A stretch of 64,000 nt of DNA from Heteronotia binoei (lineage: Eukaryota): the NCBI RefSeq assembly GCF_032191835.1, contig NC_083239.1:35340001-35404000 (forward strand). The letters are read 5' to 3'. A program made the position numbers and the translations under genes. Shown one piece after another: positions 49,633 to 61,479 of this stretch. Under the pieces are notes generated by a model. That model did no database searches, was not told the DNA's origin, and saw only the letters and a program-made list of their open reading frames with translations. Every line of letters begins with the position of its first letter. The stretch's first letter is position 1.

Positions 49633-49665
49633 TTCTGGCTCAGCATGAGTTTACTGCCCACCGGC
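49633..49665 (-). CDS. Candidate penultimate exon AGGQ* plus 18 nt of UTR (33 nt)
   Basis: tttctgcattttag|GCCGGTGGGCAGTAA...|gtgagtatttct; same splice context as the Thr-rich exons. Confidence 0.55.
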
Positions 49666-50731
49666 CTAAAATGCAGAAATTAGACTCTTTCAATATTCAT
49701 TATGCTAAATGATCATGGTAGGATGGATAAAATGTAGTCACTTTTAGTGACTTTTCCAGTATTGATCATAATTTTTTGTCCCTGTGAAATTTAATCCTCT
49801 ACATTTCCATAAGAATCATTTCCTCCTACTTAATACTTACTGCTCTGAGAAACAACAGTCCTTCATTCTTGCCTTATCTCTAGCACATGGTATGTTCTTT
49901 CTGGTATATTATGTTGGGTGCTTGTAATTATCACCCAGGATGCCCCCTGAAGAGCTTTACACTCTAAAGATCAAAGCTTACTGGTGATCCCGGATCCAAG
50001 ATATGTCTGGCTGTCCTTAACTAGGCCTAGGGTTTTTCTGGCTCTAGGTTCAGCCTGATGGAACTCTCTACCTAGTAACATCTGTGTCTTGCGAGATGTT
50101 GCTTAATTCTGCAGGGTGGAGATGTTCCACCAGGCCTACAGTTGAGGTAGCAACAGCATTTGTCATGGTTTCCATTTGGCCTTGCCAATCCCAGCATGCA
50201 ATCCACCCAATGGAGGGAGTGAAGTTATGTTTACATTACTCCATCTTTCACGTGGAGAAACTAAACTGTTTTATTCAGGGGTCATTTTGTAGAAAAACAG
50301 GTGGTGGAGCTCAGGGATTGTTATGCAGCTTCACCTACTATTCAATAGACAAGGAGGTGGAAAACCCAACATATTCTGAACTTTAGTTTGCTGTCTTAAA
50401 TTTCTTTTCATGTTCCCTGTAACTAGTTCAAGCACAAAAAAACCCCTGACTTTTTGACCAGTTTTCCATAGAAGACCACTTGCTTCCTCTTGAGCACTAA
50501 CAGGCAACCTTATAAGAGGGACCTAAGTTACACACATAAATAGGTGGAATTGCTCATGATGCGGAACACCATGCTTGATTCTGTAGTCCAATAGTTCTAA
50601 TGGAAATAGTAAGAGGCAATGGGTTTAAAATATACATTTGTGTACATCCCTCTCCAGTCCTGCCAATGAAACCACCATATAGTGATCCAAACTTTGGTCT
50701 ATCTACTCCAATACAGAGAGCCATGACTTAC

Positions 50732-50743
50732 CTTCTTGATCAT
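50732..50743 (-). CDS. Candidate 12-nt micro-exon MIKK
   Basis: Very strong donor aag|gtaagt; acceptor gttacaatag moderate. Confidence 0.3.
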
Positions 50744-52901
50744 CTATTGTAACTCATATATGGGGAAGAGGGAGATTAATGAGCTTGCACAGACCTTTGA
50801 TTTATTTTGTGGCATGCAATACAAAGCTGTAAAGCTGTACTACTGTTGGGTTATTTTAAAGTTAATCTAATGGCATTCCAAGAGCCAACCTTACAATGCT
50901 AACATATGCTTTGAAACAAAGGCACAGCCTACTTCTATACTCCAGAGACTGAGATACTGGCTGGGAGTTTCACCCTGAAGTCTGGCTGTGAGTACCACCT
51001 GTAGCATGAACTAACAACTTATTCTATTACATAAACCACTGGTGATTAATAAAAATATAGTGGCCTACCAACAGCCAAATCTGTTTCCATTCTCTGTATG
51101 TAGATTCTAATTTCCTTTTGTATCCCCTAAAGGCTATAAGCACAACCTCCAATTCAGAGTCCAACCGATTGATTTGCTGTCTTCTTTTTTAAAACTCTGA
51201 CTACTGTGTAGAGGGCAATATGGTTGAATTCAGATGGCCAATTTGGTCCAACACAGGAATAGCCCATGATCAAATCAAAAAGGTGCATTCAAATGCACAC
51301 ATCTGGGTCCCACCTCGCTCCCACCCTTATCTTGTCCACCACCATCACTATACTGCTTCAAAAAGCTACCACTTACTAAGTATCAAACTATTCATTTTTA
51401 AAAAAATAACATAGGTACTTCTGTTGACCCAAACAGAATTTTTCTAACCTGATAGAACCCTTAATATGTTAACAGTAATAGTGATGATGATTCCACATTC
51501 GAATTGCCCAATAACCTATCAAATATGGCATCCACTCAACCCTAATCCATTCATCCTGGTAGAGAGAAACTAAAGAACATAGTATTGTAGAGGGCTCCCT
51601 ACACTCAACTCCATTTCCTAGGGGTGGTGCTCCCTTTTTAAAAAGAGGAATAAAAAACATGAACAAATGACTATGCCATTCTATCTAACATATCAGGTTC
51701 CAGTGACTATGGATTTTTTCTCATTGTATAACGATTCTTCTATTCTTAATCCTCACTCTAATAATAATCCCTCCACTAATAGTAACCTTAACAGTTTCTT
51801 GCCTGATGTACCAAGAACTCGTGTTTATCTTCAGTTAATGATATGTGAATCAGGAATAGGGATAGGCATGGAATGCAAAAATGGTGGTTTGTTTCATTTC
51901 ATGGTTTGTTGGTGTGCCCAATTCAGTGGCTCAGTTCATTTTGTGAGGTTTTTTAATTTTCTGAATGAATTGTGGTTTGTTGATTCATTTGGTTTGGGAA
52001 GGCATGAAATGTCCTGGAAGTGATGTTATCACTCTGGTTATGTTGCTGGGGGCATGCTCTATCCCTTGGGGAAAAACCTTTATGATAATCATAGAGTTTT
52101 TTTCCGAAGTGATAGAGCATCCCCCCGGCAATGTGCCCGGTGCAATAACATTACTTTCATTTCATGTCATCATGCCAGGCAAGTTGTGACTTGTGAGAAG
52201 GATCCCCTGCCCATAATGACACAGATGAACTGCCCAAAAAACCAAGCTGCTGTGTTTTTTGAGTTGTATCTGAACCTATTCAGTATTACCCATGAATCTG
52301 CTGTTTTAGGCAATAATCGGGAATCCTCACAGATTCAAATGAAGCAGGATAAGTAGAACATGAGCATATGAACTGTTAGTAATGATCATTGGTCTCTTTC
52401 TCACATTACCCTCACTCTTTCTCACATGATCCTTTGAGATCGATGGGATCCTTTTGAAAACTGTGAGGTAGAATCCTGAAAATTATGGATGCAAAGTGGA
52501 GGCCATAACTTTTCCCTCCAAAAGTTGCCACAACTTCCTGCCTTTAAGAAACAACTTATCTCTTTGTTTGCCTAATTTGACTTACAAGGACTTATGAGGA
52601 GACACTGCTGATGCTTGCCAGAATTGTGATATTAAAGGGGAGAGTGGGATATATATTTGATAAAATAAAAAAATATGGTTTCATTTGATATTTCATTGCA
52701 CTGATTTGTCTTACTCTTACTTTCCCATTGCATGGTTTCTAACTCTCCTCTGGCACAATATTCAGAAGAATATAGAATAAGTATCAACCTAAAATCCAAA
52801 CCATAATGACATTTAAATTATGCATGTTATGGCAACTTTGATTCCTTGAACAATGTCATTGCCATAAGAGTATGGACTTCAGTTTCAGATTCTACACTCG
52901 C

Positions 52902-52931
52902 AGATGGTGTAGCAGAAAGAGCCTCATCTTC
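52902..52931 (-). pseudogene. Dead micro-exon EDEALSATPS (acceptor AC, donor GC)
   Basis: Homologous position in the repeat unit; tttttac|GAA...TCT|gcgagt. Confidence 0.5.
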
Positions 52932-55166
52932 GTAAAAAGCCAGAAATAATAAAAATGTACACGTTATTAGTTATGATCCTTGATCTGTTTCATGCAATAG
53001 AGTCAGTAAGCTTGAGGGAAATACCCTTTTGTAAACTGCTAACACGAGGGACTGACTCTGCAAATGAATTCACAGAACATTCATGCTCTCAGTCTTGGCT
53101 AGATTCCATCCATGGAGTTTTGTTCAACCTGGGAGGATGGTGAGCAACTGCTGATGGTGGTTAAATAATGTGTTTTTTTTTTGCTAATAGGCCACCTTCA
53201 GGTATGGAGTTCATCCTATTCCATGGGCCAATAAGATAAAATGAGCCCATAAGGGAGTGTCATTTTTTAATTGTGCCCCCCCCCCTAAAAAAAAAACATG
53301 TAGATCTGGTCCTGGTCACTTTCATTCCCTTGATTCATAGATACTTTCCCCATGGACTTTTTTTTAACAGGAATGCACAGAAACATAGTTCCGGCTGGCT
53401 TGGTATCAGGGGGTATGGCCTAATATGCAAATGAGTTCCTGCTGGGCTTTTTCTACAAAAAAGCCCTGTGTGAAACAACGGTGACATCCGGGGGTGTGGC
53501 CCAATATGCAAATATGTTCATGATGAGCTTTTTCTACAAAAAAGCCCTGATTTTCCCCAATACAATTGGAGAGGACCTAGGTTTCAACACATCAGTTCAT
53601 CCATGCTATTCAGAGAGGATTCCCTTTTCCAAATGAAGAGATTTCCCTGATATATGTTTCTCTGCCAGTCAGTTACTGTGACCTGAGGACTTCAAGTTCC
53701 ACTGAAAACTTAGAGACTCTCTAACTGAATGGTGTGAGAACCCTTGAGGAAGAGAATACCGGTTGATCAATGAGTTCCTACCACTTCCTGCCTTTTGAGG
53801 CAGGCTATCTCTTGTCCTAGTTTTCATTTCCATAAGCATTGGACAAATTTGGCTTTTGATCTACCTCTCATGCAGGCTCTAACAATGAGTGGGTATCATT
53901 TGGTAATCTGGTGCTTCCTTGGGCTGATTTGTCTGTATTACTCTCTCCCTCCCCCACAGTTTCCTACATTACTTTAAAAGTTAGAGTGATAAATGATGAC
54001 ATAGAAATGATGTATGTCATGGCAACTTTTGATTCCTCAACCAAAATCATTGTCATTAAGAGAACAGACTTCATACTCAAAGCTGGTTTTTCAAATCAAG
54101 ACATTCATCTGATGTGAGTTTTTTCTGCCAGTCATTATTTGTGACATTAAAAAATCAAAGTTCCACTGATAAATGAGAGCCCTCCCAAGTGATCTGTGTG
54201 AAAATATTTTTGGAAGAATCTGCAAGTCACTTCCTAAGGAGGCAGGTGTCCTTTTTTTTTCTAGTTTTCCTTTCCTTAAGCAATGGGCAAATTTGACTTT
54301 TGATCCACTGCTCATTCTGGCTCCAATAGTGAGTGGGTCCCATTTGATAAGTTATTGCTTCTTTGGACTCATCTGTCTGAATTAGTCTCCCCTCAACACT
54401 GGTCAATTGTTTCCCACTGTCCTCTGCCACAAGTTTCGACAAAAGTTTGTAGAATTAGTATTAACTTAAATGTTAACAATAATGCAGGATGACATGAAAA
54501 TGACGTACATCATGGCAACTTTGATTCCTCAACTAGTGTAATTGTCATTAAGGGTATGGACTTCATTTTTCACCTGTCAACATCCCCACCCCCCTCAGTT
54601 GAGCCTACTTTCAGCAGGATCTGAATTTAAACCCAGTGATCTCTCAGTCTGCTAGGGTCCCTTCATGGAGTTTCAGCCCAGCTTATGAAGATTTACTTAA
54701 AGATCCAACTAATTTAGCTTTTCATGATCCACAGCTCAAGCTGATTCTAATTCTTAGAGGGTTCCACTTGATCCTTTGATGCTTCCTTGGGCTGATTTGT
54801 CTGTATTAGTTGCCCCACTGCCCACCTGATGGTTTCCTATGGTCCTCTATCCCAAGTTGCAACAAAAAAGATGTGCACCAGTATCAACTTAACTTTTAAG
54901 AATAATAAATTATGACATTAAAATTATGTACAACATGAGAATCCTGATTTGTTAACCAATACATTAAGAGTATGGACATCGTTTTTCACCTGTCAACTTT
55001 CCCCCTCAGCTGAGCCCCAGACCACTGTGTTCCTACAACCAAAGTAGGTTCTCAGTATTCAACATGGTATTCTATTTGTTCTGACTCTCTCTCTATCCCT
55101 GCCTTCCTGCACCTTCCATTCAAGCTTACATGGACTTAAACTGCCTTGATTAAAAGAAATACTCAC

Positions 55167-55193
55167 AACGGTTGTAGTTGCAGCAGTTGTTCC
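55167..55193 (-). CDS. Thr-rich micro-exon GTTAATTTV (27 nt, phase 0)
   Basis: ccatgtttttag|...|gtgagtatttc. Confidence 0.7.
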
Positions 55194-55815
55194 CTAAAAA
55201 CATGGATGAGTAATATAAATATATGAAATGTTCATTATGATCCTTCGTCAGTCTCATGTTATGCTGTCAGTGGCTGTAAGAGGTAAACAGGAATGCTAGG
55301 GATACAATGGAGGACTGCGTTCAGCAGGGCCTGAATCTGAGGATTGACTCATGGAAACTTGGTGCTCTCCAAGTTTGCTAGGCTCCGTCCATGGAATTTC
55401 TGCCCAGCCAATAAAGATATGTGGGAATGCTTGATGCTGGTTCAATGCAGTTTTGTTTGCTAACAGGCCATTTTCAATGCCTTGATTTTTGTGAATTTCT
55501 CCCTACACATTTGGAGACTTTTACGGCTCAACACTTCTGCTTTCCTTGCTATATCAGAGGAGACCCTCTTTTTCAAAGCAAGAGATTCACTGGATGTGTG
55601 TTTTTCTGCCAGTCACTTTTTGTGACCTACCAAAAATATAAATAAATCAAAGTTTTACTGCTAAATGAGAAGCTCTCCTAGTGATCTGTGTGAAAATTCT
55701 TGTGGAGGAGGCTTCCATGACTCTCTCCATGACTCTCTCCCTGTCCCTGCCTTCTTGCACCTTCCATTCATGCTTACGTGGGCTTAAATTGTCTTGATTA
55801 AAAAGAAATACTCAC

Positions 55816-55842
55816 AGCAGTTGTAGTTGCAGCAGTTGTTCC
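55816..55842 (-). CDS. Thr-rich micro-exon GTTAATTTA (27 nt, phase 0)
   Basis: ccatgtttttag|...|gtgagtatttc. Confidence 0.7.
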
Positions 55843-56803
55843 CTAAAAACATGGATGAGTAATATAAATATATGAAATGTTCATTGTGATCCTTCATCAG
55901 CCTCATGCTATGCTGTCAGTAGCTGTCAGTTGAATGAGGGAATGTCAGGGATACTTTAGTGGACTGTGTTCAGCAGGGTCAGAATCTGATAAGTGGTTCA
56001 TGTTAACCCAGTGCTCTCCACGTTTGTTAGGCTTCCTCCATGGAGTTTCTGCCCAGCCAATAAAGATGTGTAGGAATGGCTGGCAAGCGACTCCTGATGT
56101 TGGTTGAATGCAGTTTTGTTTGCTAACAGGCCATCTTCACTGCATTCATTTTTTTTGTGAATTTCTCCCTACACATTTGGAGACTTTTGGGGTACAACAC
56201 ATCATCTTCTCCATGCTATATCAGAGGTCCTCTTTTTCAGATCAAGAGATTCACTTTGTGCATGCTTTTCTGCCAGCCATTTTTTGTGAACTGTAAATAA
56301 ATCAAAATTGCTCTGATTAATGAGAGGCTGTCTCCCAAGTGGCCTTTAGGAGGCAGGTGACCTTCACTTAAGTGAATGACTAATCTGGCTTCTTATGATT
56401 CAGAACTCATGCTTGTTCTATTTGTGCGAAGGTTCCACTTGATCCTCTGATGCTTCCTTGGACATCTCCTCCCTCCTCACAATTGTTTCTATAAAAGGAG
56501 GTAGAAGCAGTAATAATCTATATGCTAAGAATGATAAATGATGACATAGAGATTATGTACATCATGGCAACTTCGATGTCTTAACCAACGTCATTCTCAT
56601 TAAGAGGCTGGACATCATTTTTCACCTGTCAACTATCCCCCTCAACTGAGCCCCAGACCATTGTGTTCCCATACCAACAGTAGGTTCTTAGTATTCAACA
56701 TGGTATTCTATTTGATCTGACTCTCTCTCTGTCTCTGCCTTCTTGTTTCTTCAACACATTCTTCTGTGGAGTTAAACTGCCTTGATTAAAAAGAAATACT
56801 CAC

Positions 56804-56830
56804 AACGGTTGTAGTTTCAGCAGTTGTTCC
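56804..56830 (-). CDS. Thr-rich micro-exon GTTAETTTV (27 nt, phase 0)
   Basis: ccatgtttttag|...|gtgagtatttc; the phase-1 reading contains TGA, favouring phase 0. Confidence 0.7.
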
Positions 56831-57344
56831 CTAAAAACATGGATGATTAATATAAATATATGAAATGTTCATTATGATCCTTTGTCAGTCTCATGCTATG
56901 CTGTCAGTGGCTGTAAGAGGTAAACAGGAATGCTTGGGATACAATGGAGGACTGCGTTCTGCAGGGCCTGCATCTGAGAATTGACTCATGGAAACTTGGT
57001 GCTCTCCAGGTTTGCTAGGCTCCCTCCATGGAATTTCTGCCCAGCCAATAAAGATATGTGGGAATGCTTGATGCTGGTTCAATGCAATTTTGTTTGCTAA
57101 CAGGCCATTTTCAATGCATTGATTTTTGTGAATTTCTCCCTACACATTTGGAGACTTTTAGGGCTCAACACTTCTGCTCTTCATGCTATATCAGAGGTCC
57201 TCTTTTTCAAAGCAAGAGATTAATCTGATGTGCGTTTTCCTGCAACTCGCTTTTTTGTGAACTAAAGAAAAAATGGTAAAGGAGAGGCCTCCCAAGTGAT
57301 CTCTATGAAAATCCTTGTCAAGTCAAGTCAGCCTTTATTGGCTT

Positions 57345-58215
57345 AAAAATAATGCTACAGATTAATATAGTCAGAAGCCTTGGAGTCCTACTGGAGCCTT
57401 CACTATCAATGGAGGCCCAGATAGCAGCTACTGCCAAGTTCACCTTTTTTCATCTGAGGCGGGCAAGGCAGTTGGCTCCCTTCCTAGAGCATCAGGATCT
57501 GGCAACAGTGATCCATGCAACGGTCACCTCGAGACTAGATTACTGTAATGCCCTCTACATGGGGCTGCCTCTGTGCCGAACCCGGAAGCTGCAGCTAGTG
57601 CAGAACGCGGCTGCCAGATTGTTGTTGGGGCTCCCAAAGTGGGAGCACATACAGCCGGGGCTGTGTGAACTGCACTGGCTGCCAGCTATATACCGGATTC
57701 GTTACAAAGTGCTGGTCATCACCTTTAAAGCCCTATATGGCCGAGGACCTGCCTACCTTAGGGACCGCCTCTTCCCGTATGAACCCCAGAGAGCACTGAA
57801 GTCAGCAGGGAAAAACCTGCTGACTATTCCCGGGCCAAAAGATGTAAAACTCCAGAGTACCCATACTTGGGCTTTCTCTGTAATGGCCCCACAGCTGTGG
57901 AATCAGCTTCCAGAAGAAATGCGGGCCCTGCGGGATTTTGAACAGTTCCGCAGGGCCTGCAAGACCGTTCTCTTTCGAATGGCTTTCACTGAGTAATTGC
58001 TAAGTAAATTCACCATCTGAATAGCACCAACATATCAACTTATTAACATTTACTTATTGTTTTTAGAATTTTAATAGTTTTTAATTACCTGTTGGTTTAT
58101 ATTGTCAGTTATAATTTAATGTATTTTAACCCAATGTATAACTAAATTGAATTTTGTTGTGAGCCGCCCTGAGCCTGCTCCGGCGGGGAGGGCGGGATAT
58201 AAATAAAATGTGTTG
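57345..58215 (+). mobile_element. L2 LINE 3' fragment
   Basis: VRSLGVLL...SRLDYCNALYMGLP...LWNQLP; gagccgccctgag tail. Confidence 0.85.
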
Positions 58216-59118
58216 TTGTTGTTGTAGTATAAAACAGGATAGAAACACAACTTTCATGTACACTTGTATAAACAAAAAATATTTCTGTGATATCCTTTGT
58301 TGTGACTTTAGAGCAGAGTACAGAAACTTGGCTGACCTCTCAGTAACATTGATTGAAAAATCTTTCAAGAGTCTATGGACCTTAAGTGCATCAAAGCAGT
58401 CCATCATACTGGCTAGAACGGTATAAATACATAAAACATAGAGTCATATACAGATGGCAGTGCAGGAGAACATGAGTAATCAGCCCCGTAGGCAGGATTT
58501 GAAGAATTGGGGGGGGGGGGCTTGATTTTTTTCAGGGGGCACATAGTGGCCCCAACCTCCATGGCCTTCTCTCCTACCACAGCTGAGGAGGAAAGCTGCC
58601 AGCTCACTGCCATACAGCCTCCCCACTCCCCACAGCTGCCCCAAGGTGATCCCTTTCTACCCCTCTTCCAGCAGCTCTGGTGGGGAGCCACTCAGAGATT
58701 TAGATACGTGCCACATGGTCTCCTGCCCTTACCTGTGGCATGATCCAGCTAGGCAAGCCCAGCGGGACAAGGGGAGTGGTGGAAGGCACCACCTTGTCAC
58801 AACTGACTTCTGGGGCTACAAGACCTCCAATTAGGATTTCTTCCTGTTGGAGGACGAGCTGAGGCTGCCCAAGCGCAGCTCCCACCCTCGCTTGGGTGGC
58901 CAGCAAGACCAGGCCAGAAAATCCCTGCAGGCGAACATCACCTCTCCACTGATCCCCAGCCCCGGACTGCAGCCAGAACCTCCACTTGTATGTGCCAGCC
59001 TACCCTACCCTGCCCTGTCTGCAACGGAGCCATTCGCCCCCTATCCCCGCCACCCCACTTGAGAGGCAGAATGGTCTCTTCTTGCAGGCACCCTCTAGCC
59101 CAACAACAGCCCAACGTG

Positions 59119-59611
59119 GAGCTTAACTTTCAGTCCTGGGCGTTGAAAGTGCCCCGTTGTTTCTGCTTGCTGAGGGGTCAGAGATTTCTTCCAGCCCCTA
59201 AGCAAGCAGAAGCAACTCCGAGCTTAACTTTAAGTCCTGGGCACTGAAAGTACTCCGTTGTTTCTGCTTGCTGAGGGGTCAGAGATTTCTTCCAGCCCCT
59301 AAGCAAGCAGAAGCAACATGGAGCCTAACTTTCAGTCCTGGACACTGAAAGTGCTCTGCTGTTTCTGCTTGCTGAGGGGTCAGATTTCTTCCAGCCCCTA
59401 AGCAAGCAGAAGCAACTCAGAGCTTAACTTTCAGTCCTGGGGGCTGAAAGTGCCCCATTGTTTCTGCTTGCTCAGAGATTTCTTCCAGCCCTTAAGCAAG
59501 CAGAAGCAACGAGGAGCTTAAGTTTCAGTCCTGGGCTCTGAAAGTACCCCGTTGTTTCTGCTTGCTGAAGGGTCAGAGAATTCTTCCGGCCCCTAAGCAA
59601 GTGGAAGCAAC
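59119..59611. repeat. Five tandem ~100-bp units, each containing a ~61-nt hairpin
   Basis: Unit starts at 59119, 59220, 59321, 59420 and 59514. Confidence 0.9.
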
Positions 59612-61160
59612 GGTGTATGATGACGGCAGAATGGAGAAGGATGCAGACGAGGCACTGGAGGCTGGTTAGGGGCCCCAAATCAAGGGGCCCTGCCTAGCAG
59701 TCAAAGGGCTGTTCCCCCACAGGCCCCCTCATAGCTACGGACCTGTGAGTAATTGACTCAACACATTTTTGTTTACAAGGGCAATACCTAGCTGAATAGG
59801 CTATTTTATTGAATCTGCTATCAAGAATAGCAGAGGGCATAGCATTGCATCTAGCGAGAGAAAACACTCCGCATTGTTGTGGCATCTGCAAGGAAGATAG
59901 GTAAGAAGCCATCTTTTCTGTGCTAAGAGGAATTTCAAAGCTCAAAGGGGCTTTCACTTAATTTTGTTAGTCAGACTATTTAACTCCTGGTGCTCAATGT
60001 CTAACAATCCCTGTGGAAGAGGCTGCCAAATTGCCAAAGTTCTCCTGCTACTTCCTGCCTTTAGGAGTCAGGTTACCTCTTTCCTTGTTTACTTAAGCAT
60101 CTGACTAATTTGGATCATGCTGGTTCTGACTTTAAGGGTGTATCATTTGATAATTTGGGGAGGATTGTGAGCAACTGCTGATGACTTCTTATTTTTTTTT
60201 AATTGTCTATAGGCCAACTATATTGTCTCAATTAATGTATATTTTCGGCTTTCAGTTTAGACACATAAGTCATGACACATCAGTTCTTTGATGTTATGCC
60301 TAGGGATGCCATATCCCCCAGTGGGAACAGGGCTCTCTTGCTGCCAAGCCCCACTACCACTGGCCAAGAGACTGACAGAGGAATTACTCCTCCCCCCAAA
60401 AAGAGACGAACACCAAAAACTGACTCCTGGGCAAAAACTCTATGATAGAAACTAATTCTACAATAGAGCTTTGGCCAAAGAAACAGAACATCCTCATCTC
60501 CCCAATATCCCTGATGTGCCTATATCACCCACGTCAAATAGGGACATTGTTGAAATGTTGGCATCCTTCCCTGCCCCCAGTAAGTGAGCCCCCTCTCAGC
60601 TGCTTGGTGGGACCTGGCAACACAGGAGGGGACCCCCTTTTCCAAAAGAAGAGACTCACCTATCGTGGGTTTATCTGTCAGTCACTTAATTTGACTTGAA
60701 GAGTTCAAGGTCCACTGATAAATAAGAGGATCTCCAGCTGATCATTGTCAGAACCCTGGTAGACATGGGTGCCCGAAAGCAACACAGCTCCTACCGCTAC
60801 CTGTCTTTAGGAGGCAGGTGACTCATAAACTCAATTTCCTTCACCTCAGCTTTGGACTAATTTGGATGAACATGAGCCACTTCTCATGCTTGCTGTAATT
60901 GTGATAGTGTTTCATTTGATAATTTGGTGCTTCATTGTGCTGGTTTGTCTGAATTAGTCTCCCCCCACAGAAAATGGTTTCTTTCTCTTGTCTGGCATAA
61001 TTTTCACCAGAAGGATATAGAATCAGCATTAAATTCAATACTAAGAAAAATAAATAATGTCTTTGATATAATGTATGCTAGACAATTTTTATTTATTGCT
61101 TAACCAATGTCCATGTCATTAGGAGTATAAATTTCATTTTTAAGATTGAGAAATACTCAC

Positions 61161-61187
61161 AGTTTTTGGTGTAGTAGCCTTTTCCAC
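61161..61187 (-). CDS. Micro-exon VEKATTPKT (27 nt, phase 0)
   Basis: tccatgtttttag|...|gtgagtatttc. Confidence 0.7.
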
Positions 61188-61464
61188 CTAAAAACATGGA
61201 TGAATAACACAAATATACAAATAGTTATGATTCTTGATTGGTTTCATGCTTTGCTGTCTGTAGCTCTCAGAGGCACGAGCTCCCTCCTCCATCTTTAAAT
61301 GGACTGTGATCCTGGTTCCAGACTCCCTGGTCTCCCTTTTTGTGTTACCATTTATGGACTGAGTTAACTCTGGCCTAGTGTCAGAGCCACAAGACTCTTA
61401 TGGTTATGAACTTATATTATGTGAACACAGGCAAACTGCTTCTATGGACATTCAGTGACATTAC

Positions 61465-61479
61465 CCACTTGCCTACTGT
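61465..61479 (-). CDS. Candidate micro-exon TVGKW (15 nt)
   Basis: tcactacctatag|...tgg|gtaatg. Confidence 0.3.

Larger units (their letters stand above)
52800..61260 (-). repeat. Tandem array of about 8 diverged 0.5-1.2 kb exon+intron units, interrupted by TEs at 57.3-60.0 kb
   Basis: Recurring motifs ttttgtttgctaacaggcc, gatgcttccttgggctg, catcatggcaactttgat and aaatactcac...ctaaaaacatgg. Confidence 0.85.

Noticed and set aside
50935-51448. Further 3n open segments (VVLTARLQGETPSQYLSLWSIE, VRKILFGSTE)
   Set aside because: Weak donors and no family-type flanks, so not listed as exons.
59119-59611. CRISPR-like array
   Set aside because: Whole units are repeated with no unique spacers, in a vertebrate context with no cas genes.
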